Assembly (NCBI GenBank): GCA_964016885.1
Contig: OZ024741.1
Span: 177,630,001-177,694,000, forward strand
Direction: 5' to 3'
DNA length: 64,000 bases
Source: Eledone cirrhosa
Lineage: Eukaryota
Shown: positions 32,324-45,470 of the stretch, one piece after another
How positions within the stretch are numbered: the stretch's first letter is position 1
Layout of the letters: each line of letters starts with the position of its first letter
The notes under the pieces: model-generated
What the model was told of the DNA's origin: nothing
Database searches by the model: none
Seen by the model: the letters and a program-made list of their open reading frames with translations, nothing else
Program-made: the position numbers and the translations under genes

Positions 32324-35300
32324 GGGGATTCCTTTCTTTGTTTCTGTGCCTTTCCTTTCTTCTATCCTACGCCATTTTGTTTCTGTGTGTGTGTTGTGTG
32401 CTCAGTTTGCGCATGCGCCACATCCGGGTGTCTGTGTGTGTTTGTGTTCATTTATCTATTTGTTTATTTATTCATTTATTTATTGTTGGTTGGTTGTTTG
32501 TTCTATGTGTGTGTGTGTTTTCATTTTGTCCTGTGTGTGTTTTCATTTTGTCCTTAATTGTAAGTTGTTTGTTCTATGTGTGTGTGTGTTTTCATTTTGT
32601 CCTGTGTGTGTTTTCATTTTGTCCTTAATTGTAAGTTGTGATGTTGCTGTTCCACTCATATTTTCTATTTAATTTTGGTTGTAATTCTTTTATGCTTACT
32701 GCCTCTGTAATTTGCCTAAACATTGCATCTTTTCTGTGTGTGGATTCTATTTTTATTTCTATGTTCTCTAATCTACCCCTGTGTTCTATCTTAGCATGTT
32801 GGTAGAGTACAGATGATTCTTTATTATCTTGGAGGTCTCGCCAGTGTTCATTTATTCGTTCCCCTATACTACGAGCTGTCTCACCTATGTACACTATATT
32901 TTTGATTCTACATTGTCCTTCAGTACATCTTATGCTATACACTACATTTCTAGTTTTACAGTTAATACGGGGGCTTATTTTACAGGTTATACATTTCTTA
33001 CCTATACATGAGGGTCTTTGAAAAGGGTATGTCTTGCTAATAAGTGTGTTTACGGAGGTACCTGGTCTTTCTACTATCTTAATATTGAGTTTATGTTTAT
33101 TTAGGGCCCTTCTAAATTTGTAGGCTAGTTCGCCTCTAGGGTTGTATTGATGAACATTACACTCTGGTATGTATTGCTATCATACCATGAGTTTATTCTA
33201 TTGGCCTTGTTCCTAGTTCTTTCTATTCTATTCCAAAATTTGCTCCTATACAATGGGCAGGTCCCATTTATGTCATTATTTACCATTTTTTCCCATTTGG
33301 TTCTGGCTCCTTTATACACTCTGATTCTATCTCTCTGATTGTAGCCAGAGAACTGCATACGGTGGATGAAGTGTTGTATGTGTCTCTCTAGTTCTTCGGG
33401 GTTGCACATGCGGGACACGTTTCTCATCACCCGTACCAAATCCGCAATTAGTATGTTGATTTTGGTATGGTCCGAAATGGCCGAGTTTCGGTGGATCAGA
33501 TGTTTGGAAGTCATGGGTTTGGCATAATGGGAATGGAGGATTTGTTTTTGGTTGTTAATGGTATCTAACCAGAGCTCTGTGTCTAGTACAGGTAATCGAT
33601 GGTTGGGGTGTCTACTTGGGTAGTCTATAGTAACTCTAATGTTCTGGTGGATGGAGTTTGCTATTTGCTGGATGCTTTCCATTGTATTTTTCTCTAGTTC
33701 CTGGCTGTTCTTTAGTGGGGGTGTCTTAACTACGATGTTTATATCATCTACGTAGCGGGAGTACATTATCAGGGTTAAGCTGTCTTGTAATTGTTCTTTA
33801 AGTTTTTGTTTAAGTCTACTGTCCCACCATACCATGAATAAGTTAGCTATGTCGCCTGCAATGCTAACACCAATGGCTGCTCCTTCCTCTTGGGCATATG
33901 TTTTACCATTAAATTTGAACATATGTTCCTTAAGGGTTAATTTTATGCTGGCCCCTACCGCATGTGCAATCATTTTCTTCAGTTCATCGTGGTTTTCGGG
34001 TGTCCGTATGGCTCTGGTCCACCCGTTCCATCTATCTGTGTGGGTTTTCTTGGCCATTGAGGTAATGGTAGATAAGAAATGTATAACCTGTAAAATAAGC
34101 CCCCATATTAACTGTAAAACTAGAAATGTAGTGTATAGCATAAGATGTACTGAAGGACAATGTAGAAACAAAAATGGGAGATGGTCTGCCTCTTGCTGGT
34201 CTTGTAGGGCACAGGTTGCTAAGGTCATAAGTGTCTAGGTAACTATTACTATGGGTAAGCTTAAGTAGAAGTCCCAGCTCACTGGTATCAATCCCACGGA
34301 ACTCAACCTTGCTCTCGCTGATCATTTCTACGCATTTATCCACAGCAAAATCCACGTCAATAGATGGATACAGGGACACAACATCCATACTGCCTATTAT
34401 GCAGTTTGTTAGGTCCCCAGATCGGTTACCCGCGCCGATTCTGCTGAGGAGCAAATAGGAGCAAATTTTGGAATAGAATAGAAATAACTAGGAACAAGGC
34501 CAATAGAATAAACTCATGGTATGATAGCAATAATTACCAGAGTGTAATGTTCATCAATACAACCCCTAGAGGCGAACTAGCCTACAAATTTAGAAGGGCT
34601 CTAAATAAACATAAACTCAATATTAAGATAGTAGAAAGACCAGGTACCTCCGTAAAAACACTTATTAGCAAGACATACCCGTTCCAAAGACCCTCATGTA
34701 TAGATAAGAAATGTATAACCTGTAAAATAAGCCCCCATATTAACTGTAAAACTAGAAATGTAGTGTATAGCATAAGATGTACTGAAGGACAATGTAGAAA
34801 CAAAAATATAGTGTACATAGGTGAGACAGCTCGTAGTGTAGGGGAACGAATAAATGAACACTGGCGAGACCATCAAGATAATAAAGAATCATCTGTACTC
34901 TACCAACATGCTAAGATAGAACACAGGGGTAGATTCGAGAACATAGAAATAAAAATAGAATCCACACACAGAAAAGATGCAATGTTTAGGCAAATTACAG
35001 AGGCAGTAAGCATAAAAGAATTACAACCAAAATTAAATAGAAAATATGAGTGGAACAGCAACATCACAACTTACAATTAAGGACAACATGAAAACACACA
35101 CAGGACAAAATGAAAACACACACACACATAGAACAAACAACTTACAATTAAGGACAAAATGAAAACACACACAGGACAAAATGAAAACACACACACACAT
35201 AGAACAAACAACCAACCAACAATAAATAAATGAATAAATAAACAAATAGATAAATGAACACAAACACACACAGACACCCGGATGTGGCGCATGCGCAAAC

Positions 35301-35381
35301 TGAGCACACAACACACACACAGAAACAAAATGGCGTAGGATAGAAGAAAGGAAAGGCACAGAAACAAAGAAAGGAATCCCC

Positions 35382-35426
35382 AGTCACTGAAGAGGTCACA
35401 GAGTGTGTGACGAAAGGACTATGACT
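35382..35426 (+). ncRNA. Minimal type I hammerhead, right pLTR
   Basis: agtca-CTGAAGA-ggtcaca-gagtg-tgtgac-GAAA-ggac-TA-tgact. Confidence 0.8.
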
Positions 35427-35646
35427 ATATATAAACAACTATCTGGTTGTGGAACCAACCAACCAACCAGAAATTTATAAGTTTGTAAATTTGTAAATTT
35501 ATAAATTTATAAATATATAATAAATTGAAGTGCAAGCAACTGGTGCGTGTGTTTCTTATTGGCAACATGACCCTCCCAAAGTATAACAATATCGGTTACA
35601 ACACACGATTTCAGATAAAGAATCTTGCTAAACAAATTCAGAAACG

Positions 35647-35745
<99 letters not shown>

Positions 35746-35826
35746 CATATATATATATATGCATACATATATATATATATATATATACATACATATATAT
35801 ATTTCATTTTCTCATAGCATTTTATA

Positions 35827-35914
35827 AGGGTCCTTAGAGCTGCCGATTATTAAGTCGGGTAGGATCGATATAGATCGAACCTTGAGCTGATCAGTGGCGA
35901 AACGCGCGTCACCT
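35827..35914 (+). ncRNA. Hammerhead-like motif with aberrant core
   Basis: agggt-CCTTAGA-gctgccgat..atcagtggc-GAAA-cgcgcg-TC-acct. Stems and 3' half are canonical; the 5' core is not. Confidence 0.4.
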
Positions 35915-36035
35915 ATCAATAAATGCAATGAAGGAATAATCAATCGTCCTTTTTATCCTTTCTATATATACATATATATATATATATTTATATATACATA
36001 CATATATATATATATTGATATATATATATACATAT

Positions 36036-36126
<91 letters not shown>

Positions 36127-36158
36127 CATACATATATATATATTTATATATACATACA

Positions 36159-36244
<86 letters not shown>

Positions 36245-36330
36245 GGAGGTGAGTTTTATTGTAGTACAATAAAGCAATGCAGATATCGGATAAGAAGCAC
36301 TCTACAGTTTGTAGGACTGGAGTATACATA

Positions 36331-36413
36331 ATATAAGATCAAAAGATGGTTAAAGGAGCTCCATGTATTTTAATGAAATACATGGAACTCCTTTAACCAT
36401 CTTTTGATCTTAT
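36331..36413. repeat. Short hairpin made of the 3' tail of an HHR element related to 2701-2740
   Basis: tataagatcaaaagatggttaaaggagctccatgtattt / aaatacatggaactcctttaaccatcttttgatcttata. Confidence 0.8.
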
Positions 36414-36435
36414 ATATATATATATATATACATAC

Positions 36436-36518
<83 letters not shown>

Positions 36519-36701
36519 ATACAATAACAGAGAAAGCTTTAAGCTAAACTCCGACTGGTAACCATCTCCCTCAACAAACATTAGGATATACTTAAGTATA
36601 ATCCCAATTTAGTGTTTGGGGTGCTAACTATATGTATTTTGTGGAAAGCCAGTTCTATTATTTTATATGAGATATAATTAAAATTAAAATATATCTCTCT
36701 T

Positions 36702-36824
36702 TCCAAACAATTGTTTCATTATAAGTTTTCTACAAGTTGGGAGAATGTTTCCAATTTATGTAGAAGCCTGACATATTTTCCTGTAAGAATATATGTAGGT
36801 GGGCACTTATAAATCATCAGTGGA
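36702..36824 (-). ncRNA. Type I hammerhead with ~95-nt stem II, in island 36517-37500
   Basis: Minus strand: tcca-CTGATGA-tttataagt..acttataaat-GAAA-caattg-TT-tgga. Island also has a ~253-nt direct duplication (37014/37267). Confidence 0.72.
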
Positions 36825-37830
36825 TGCCCATTAAACTTTGATATAAGAAAACATTCCTTACCGCAGTTATTTTTCGTGTCCGCTAAGTCATCCCTTCACG
36901 CATCGAATAACCGCCAAATTTGAAATTCCAGCAGTCTTTAGGCTGTGGAAATATCATAGCGTCACGAAGCGGAAAAGTGAGACAATCGCGAGTCACAGGA
37001 AAAGTAAAATAATATACACGTGGGTTAATTAGTTTTTTCAAAAACATTATCAATCCTGCGTGTTAAGAACTCAATTAATTTTTAAAAAATAAATGTATGC
37101 ATGTATTAATTACACACGCATATAGATATTTTTCCAAGCTAAAAACAGAGAAGTGACACAACGTAAATAACAAACAATATCTCATAACAGTAATAAATAC
37201 GGAAAGTTACGTTTAAAAGGCATCTGGAAACATAAATCTCTGACTAAATTAAGAGTAAAATATTTAATACACGTGGGTTAATTAGTTTTTACAAAAACAT
37301 TATCAATCCCGCGTGTTAAGAACTCAATTAATTTTAAAAAATTAAATGTATGCATGTATTAATTACACACGCATATAGATATTTTCTTAGGCTAAAAACA
37401 GAGAAGTGATACCTAAATAACAAACAATATATCATAACAGTAATAAATACGGAAAGTTACGTTTATAAGGCATCTGGAAATATAAATCTCTGGCCAAAAT
37501 ATATATATATTTATATAGACATACATATATATATATATATTTATATATACATGCATATATATATATATATAAAGATACATATATATATATATTTATATAT
37601 ACATACATATATATATATATAGATACATATATATATATATATTTATATATACATACATATATATATATATTTATATATACATACATATATATATATATAT
37701 ATATAGATACATATATATATATATATTTATATATACATACATATATATATATATTTATATATACATACATATATATATATATTTATATATACATATTTAT
37801 ATATACATACATATATATATATATTTATAT

Positions 37831-37871
<41 letters not shown>

Positions 37872-38009
37872 CATACATATATATATATATAATTATATAT
37901 ACATACATATATATATATATACTTATATATACATACATATATATATATATATACTTATATATACATACATATATATATATACTTATATATATATGCATAT
38001 ATATATACT

Positions 38010-38083
<74 letters not shown>

Positions 38084-38153
38084 CATATAGATAGATATAC
38101 TTATATGTACATTCATATATATATATATAAATGCATAAATATATATATATACT

Positions 38154-38185
<32 letters not shown>

Positions 38186-38193
38186 CATACATG

Positions 38194-38244
<51 letters not shown>

Positions 38245-38253
<9 letters not shown>

Positions 38254-38808
38254 TAAAAAAATAATGAATAAAACAATGAAACAGTTCCTTATATTAAACA
38301 AAAAAAGTTCATTATTTAACGATCGTTTCTAGGATATATATGTGTTAGAATTGGCATGCATATTCAACAGATCTATGTACAAAATTATACAAAATTATAC
38401 AAACTATCAAAATTAAGTATACATACCCAACACATATATATATGCCGTCTTCAGAAATAATCATTATTTCTGAAGACGGCATATATATGTGTTGGGTATG
38501 TATATTTAATTTTGATAGTTTGTATAATTTTGTATAATTTTGTACATAGATCTGTTGAATATGCATGCCAATTCTAACACATATATATCCTAGAAACGAT
38601 CGTTAAATAATGAACTTTTTTTGTTTAATATAAGGAACTGTTTCATTGTTTTATTCATTATTTTTTTAATATTTTATCTTGACTCTGTATTCCGTTTATC
38701 TTTCACCGAAAGTGATTTTTCATTGCATCTCTTCTTTCCATGATATCCGGATTACATTGAGTTCTTCATACGGATTGGACACTACCGTAAACTCTTGGTA
38801 GATTTATC

Positions 38809-38811
<3 letters not shown>
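38245..38811. mobile_element. Spacerless palindrome (~215-bp arms) of an HHR element
   Basis: Centre near 38462. HHR at 38461-38613(+): tcattattt-CTGAAGA-cggcatatatatgtgttgg..ctaacacatatatatccta-GAAA-cgatcg-TT-aaataatga. Mirror at 38309-38461(-). Confidence 0.82.
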
Positions 38812-38884
<73 letters not shown>

Positions 38885-39077
38885 CATATATATATATATA
38901 CATACATATATATATATATATACATACATATATATATATATACATACACATACATATATATATATATACATACACATACATATATATATATATACATATA
39001 TATATACATACATATATATATATAGATAGATATACATACATATATATAAATATTCATATATATATATATACATATAT

Positions 39078-40182
39078 ATAGATAATTTAATATATCTACT
39101 AACATAAGCGCACAGATGTACGCTAGCAAATACACAGGTTATATCATAGTACCTAGGTGGTTCAATGCAGGAGGATGCAGAACAATAATATATAAGACGT
39201 AAAATAAGAAAATTTCTTTAAAAAAATTTTTTTTAGAAAAATTAACTTACTTACTTAAATTTTCCCTCCAACTAATTAGTTTCTGCAATGGGATAAAGAC
39301 AGTTACGTAATGAACTGTTGAGAATTTCATAGCGTCATCAGGGAGGTCATTCTCAGCCGAGTCTCCAGGCGATGCGCGGACACTGGGGACTCATATAAAA
39401 ATAATAATAATTCGGCAACTGGAACAGCTATCGAGGACTGGATTCAGAGCCACTGAAAATTCTCACTGCCACTGATCATATGGCTGATTCTAAAGAATCA
39501 ATCACGTGACACAGAGGCTAGTCAGTAGGAATGGACTGCATTGAACCACCTAGGTACTATGACATAACCTGTGTATTTGCTGGCATTAGCGTACATCTGT
39601 GCGCTTATGTTAGTAGATATATTAAATTATCTATATTTATCTCCAAATCACTGATTTGTCGAGCAAACCCGCCAAAACCACTTCTAAAATTGTTTTGGGG
39701 GGTGTTAGTAGGCGTCTGTCATCTTACCATCCCATTCCTACTGACTAGCCTCTGTGTCACGTGATTGATTCTTTAGAATCGGCCATATGATCAGTGGCAG
39801 TGAGAATTTTCAGTGGCTGGAATCCAGTCCTCGATAGCTGTTCCAGTTGCCGAATTATTATTATTTTTATATGAGTCCCCAGTGTCCGCGCATCGCCTGG
39901 AGACTCGGCTGAGAATGACCTCCCTGATGACGCTATGAAATTCTCAACAGTTCATTACGTAACTGTCTTTATCCCATTGCAGAAACTAATTAGTTGGAGG
40001 GAAAATTTAAGTAAGTAAGTAAATTTTCCTAAAAAAATTTTTTTTAAAGAAATTTTCTTATTTTACGTCTTATATATTATTGTTCTGCATCCTCCTGCAT
40101 TGAACCACCTAGGTACTATGATATAACCTGTGTATTTGCTAGCGTACATCTGTGCGCTTATGTTGGTAGATATATTAAATTA

Positions 40183-40186
<4 letters not shown>
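39078..40186. mobile_element. Inverted plus partial-tandem HHR element (~559-nt unit)
   Basis: Minus arm 39078-39534. Plus arm 39536-40186 is terminally redundant (39536 = 40095). HHRs at 39265-39346(-) and 39919-40000(+): cctcc-CTGATGA-..-GAAA-ctaattag-TT-ggagg. Confidence 0.83.
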
Positions 40187-40222
<36 letters not shown>

Positions 40223-40264
40223 CATACATATATATATATATACATATATATATATATCTATATC

Positions 40265-40302
<38 letters not shown>

Positions 40303-40303
40303 C

Positions 40304-40515
<212 letters not shown>

Positions 40516-40519
40516 CTAC

Positions 40520-40594
<75 letters not shown>

Positions 40595-41149
40595 GTAATT
40601 CCGTCGGAAAAGTCCAGGAAAAAAGAGTGCTCTATGTAAGCAACAAAGCTATATTTTGCTAAACTTGAGAGACACTTCCGCTTGCTTTAATTCAAAGACT
40701 GAGATCTTCAGATGCTGTCCTCATCTGAGACCGCACCTGATCTGTAACTGGATTGACACTCCTATGAGAAATCAACCGCCTTGAACTCCTTCACCCGCTC
40801 TTTACTTCTGCTACGGTTTTTATTTTACTGTTTCTACGTTCTGTACTCTTGTATACCTACATTTATTATATATTTTTCTCCCTTACCTCCCCTTATATTT
40901 TACCTTTTCCTATGCGGCCCCCACATATATTCTTTTTGGCTTGCCCTCCACATACCTATGTGTATGTGTGTGTATATTTGTGTGTATATATGTGTATGTA
41001 TATATATATATGTATATATGTATATATATATAGATATGTGTGTGTATGTGTGTATGTATATATGTTTATACGTATGTGTGTGTGTGCCTGTGTGTATGTA
41101 TTTATATATGTATGTATTTGTGTGTGTGTGTATATATGTGTATGTGTGG

Positions 41150-41397
41150 ATAAGCCAGGTTTCTCTCATCCTGAAGATTGTAGGAAAATTTTTTTTGCTT
41201 TTAAGAAACCCTTGGTAAATGGAATAATTGCCTTATGTTGCTTTAATACTTTACTACTAATATACGTATATGTAAGGTCCTTATGGTTTATCTAAGATTG
41301 AGTTTTACATACACACACGCATATACGTGTGTGTATGCGTATGCATGTGTGTGGGCGTGGTTGTGTATGTGTGTATATGTGTATATGCATGTATATG

Positions 41398-41448
<51 letters not shown>

Positions 41449-41940
41449 GTGTATGTATATGTGTGTGTGTATATATGTGTGTGTGTACATATGTGCGTGT
41501 GTATATATTGATAATTGTATATGTGTGTGTGTGTGTATGTGTGCGTGTATGTGTGTGTATGTTTGTGTTCTGCTGTGCGTGTTTATGATATATACGTATT
41601 TGTATGTGTAAAATTGTTTAGCTATGTATGTATATGTGTGTGTATGTGTACGTGTGTATATATATGTGTGTGTGTACGTTTGTATTTATGTAATTATATG
41701 TGTGCTTATGTATGCATATATGTGTGTGTGTGCATATAGTTGTATACACATGTGTGTGTGTATAGATTGTACACTTGTGCGTGGTTATGCATGTATGCGT
41801 ATGTATGCGGTTATGTATTTGTATTTGAAACATTTTTTTTTATGTGTGAGTGTGTGTGAACGCGTTGACTATTTCGTGCGTATGTATATGTGCTTTTGTG
41901 TGTGTGTATGTGTGTTTATATATGCATGTGTGTGTGTGTA

Positions 41941-41975
<35 letters not shown>

Positions 41976-42690
41976 GTATGCGTGTGTGTGTATGTGTGCG
42001 TATGTGTGTGTGTGCGTGTGTGTGTGTGTGTGTATGTATGAATGTTTGTATATGTTTTTCTTAGAGGAACATAGGCAGACAGATTTTTGTATTCAGATTG
42101 GAGCCAATCCTTATCATTAGCTATCTCTTTAGCTTACAGGTGTCTATAAGATCAGTATGGGGTCAGTCATGGTAGATAGATTTGGAGGAAGGGGAGATTC
42201 CTTAAAAGATAAATTATTAAAGGTTCTAGTATATTGACGAAGGTTTAGGGAATTCTGTGGACAATTTCTAAGTATAATCTATACAACTGTAGCCATAAAT
42301 TCACGAGACACTTTCAACAGTACATACCCTGCGCGTATGCGCGCATGCACGCACACACATTTGTATGGGGGAAATATATTTATATTTGTATACGCGTGCG
42401 TGCGTGCGCGCATACACATGCGTGTGTGTGTGTGTGTGTTTGTGTGTGTGTATGTGTGTGTGTTTTCGTGTATGTGTGGTTGTATGGGTAGTCTTATTTT
42501 GTTTTTATTTTTTCCTTTCCATCTTCCTTCTCCAGCTTCACTTTCATATAGCTTGCTTTTTTTGTTTTTAAGATCCAAATTCAATAAACAAACCAGGATT
42601 TTTTCGTTCTGAGGGTTGAAAGCAAAACCTTTTGCTTTTAAGAAATCACTGGTAAATGGAATAATTGCCTTATGTTGTTTATTACATAAT
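41150..42690 (+). mobile_element. Old element with two diverged direct repeats, each carrying a hammerhead, around (TG/TA)-rich filler
   Basis: 41165-41224: CTGAAGA..ttttgcttttaa-GAAA-cccttgg-TA-aatggaa. 42603-42661: ttcgtt-CTGAGGG-ttgaaagcaaaa-cc-ttttgcttttaa-GAAA-tcactgg-TA-aatggaa. Confidence 0.6.
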
Positions 42691-42729
42691 AATATATATA
42701 TATATATATGTCTACATATATATATCTAC

Positions 42730-42770
<41 letters not shown>

Positions 42771-42791
42771 CACATATATATATATACATAC

Positions 42792-42898
<107 letters not shown>

Positions 42899-42989
42899 CA
42901 CATATATATACTTATATACATACACATATTTATATATATACATACATATATATATATATACATATATATATACATACATATATATATAT

Positions 42990-43064
<75 letters not shown>

Positions 43065-43075
43065 CATATATATAT

Positions 43076-43151
<76 letters not shown>

Positions 43152-43578
43152 TTATATACATACATATATATATATATATATACATACATATATATATATA
43201 TATATATACATGCTTATATATATATATATATTGTACATAAGAGGAACAATATATATTTTATATGACCCCAAACCTAAATCGAAACATGCGGAAACAGCAA
43301 AAGATATACATACGAACATTCATAACGTTTTATTGTGAATTAAAGCAGAAGAAAGAAGTGCTAGCTTGCCGCTGAGTTGAACGAAGGATGAAATCGGGTA
43401 AAATGTAAATGGCTACATCCTAACCATTCTGATGTATCAAGATTTTAAATGGATTACACGAATGCGTTTTTAATTTCAAAAACGTTGTAGTTATGCATAA
43501 GTGATAGAAATGACGAATTCAAACTTGAATGAAATTATTTTAGCATTACATCTATAGCAACTGAGAATGGGTTATTGG

Positions 43579-43624
<46 letters not shown>

Positions 43625-43626
<2 letters not shown>

Positions 43627-44307
43627 AAAGTTATATTTAAATTGTTGGGTTACAACGAGTAAATATTTATAACTGATATAAAAGCACTCAACAAGTATTT
43701 GGAGTATATTTACGATATTAAATAAATGGAAATTATATTTATAAAACCATATCTATTTCATTATATATATTTCAGGGATATCATATTAAAAATATGTTAT
43801 GCCTTCTTCAGACAAAATACAATATAGACAGTCTTATAAATAAATGTGTGATATAGGAATTTGCAGAGCTGATCACGTAAATTCACATCGATGTTTATAG
43901 TTTTGAATCCGGGATAACCTTCTATTTTATCTCAACTCTGATATAAACATATGAATTTTTTAAACTAGACATATGATCATTATTTGTTCACACATTATAG
44001 ATACGTGTCTCATTCGTGAATACTGATATTTACATTATAATGCCTGTTTTATACGAACTAATATTTCTACATTAATGAAACATAGTGTTTTTAAATCTGC
44101 CTCGTTTATGTCTGGTTATTTTTTTTATCTCTATATAACGGCTGTTTTTTCTCTCCTAACCACATATATCTCTCTTTACATTAATACTAGAGCTAAATAA
44201 ATAAATAAATAAATAAATGTATCATTGATACGTCATTCAACTGGTGCTCAACTACCTAGTTTCTCTATCTATATCTATCTCTCTATATTTTCTCTCTCTC
44301 TCTCTCT

Positions 44308-44358
<51 letters not shown>

Positions 44359-44715
44359 CCCTCTATTTGTTCCTCTCTCTATATATCTCTCTCTGTTTCT
44401 TTACATGAAGTTCTTCTCTTTATCTATCTTTCTATCTCTCTCTATTTAGTTGCATGCATTTCTTCTTTTTCTTCGTTTTTCTTCCTTTCTTTCTTTCTTT
44501 CTTTTTACGACTGTCCATAATATTTTTACTACCAAATCAACTTTTCAAATGCAAGTCGATGTTGAAAGGTATGTCGAATCTATTTATTTATAAGACTGTC
44601 TATATTGTATTTTGTCTGAAGAAGGCATAACATATTTTTAATATGATATCCCTGAAATATATATAATGAAATAGATATGGTTTTATAAATATAATTTCCA
44701 TTTATTTAATATCGT
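43625..44715. mobile_element. Element with ~130-bp inverted arms carrying a degenerate hammerhead
   Basis: ~43712-43843 is inverted relative to ~44583-44715. ttgt-CTGAAGA-aggcataacatatt..aatatgatatccct-GAAA-tatatataa; cleavage triplet does not fit cleanly. Confidence 0.5.
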
Positions 44716-44736
44716 ATATATATATATATATATATA

Positions 44737-44918
44737 ACGAAGGAAATGTGGTAAGGAACAGGTGGACCATAACGCACCAAAGTACTCAATACTTAGAGTA
44801 GTAGAGTGGGTAATAGGAACGAGTAGGACCCCGACGGCTGAGCTCGAGCCGTTTCGATGCCTAATTCTGGATTAGCCGTCGAAACGGCTTGAGCTCAGCC
44901 GTCGGGGTCCTACTCGTT

Positions 44919-44921
<3 letters not shown>
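44737..44921. mobile_element. Small inverted insertion of the 9275-10974 family (3' part only)
   Basis: Minus arm matches ~10837-10974; plus arm matches ~10844-10896. Confidence 0.8.

Positions 44922-45470
<549 letters not shown>

Larger units (their letters stand above)
32116..35650. mobile_element. Penelope-like element lineage B, 5'-truncated, inverted duplication with both 3' pLTRs outward
   Basis: Minus arm carries RT (33125..34228, YSRYVDD) and GIY-YIG. Plus arm ~34455-35650 repeats the GIY-YIG ORF (34547..35080) and pLTR. Extra switches near 34070 and 34175. pLTR runs into the ORF start MTLPKYNN. Confidence 0.92.

Noticed and set aside
43420-43575. ctgatgt..gaaa with aaccattc/gaatgggtt pairing
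   Set aside because: Core is mutated and there is no valid stem III or cleavage triplet.
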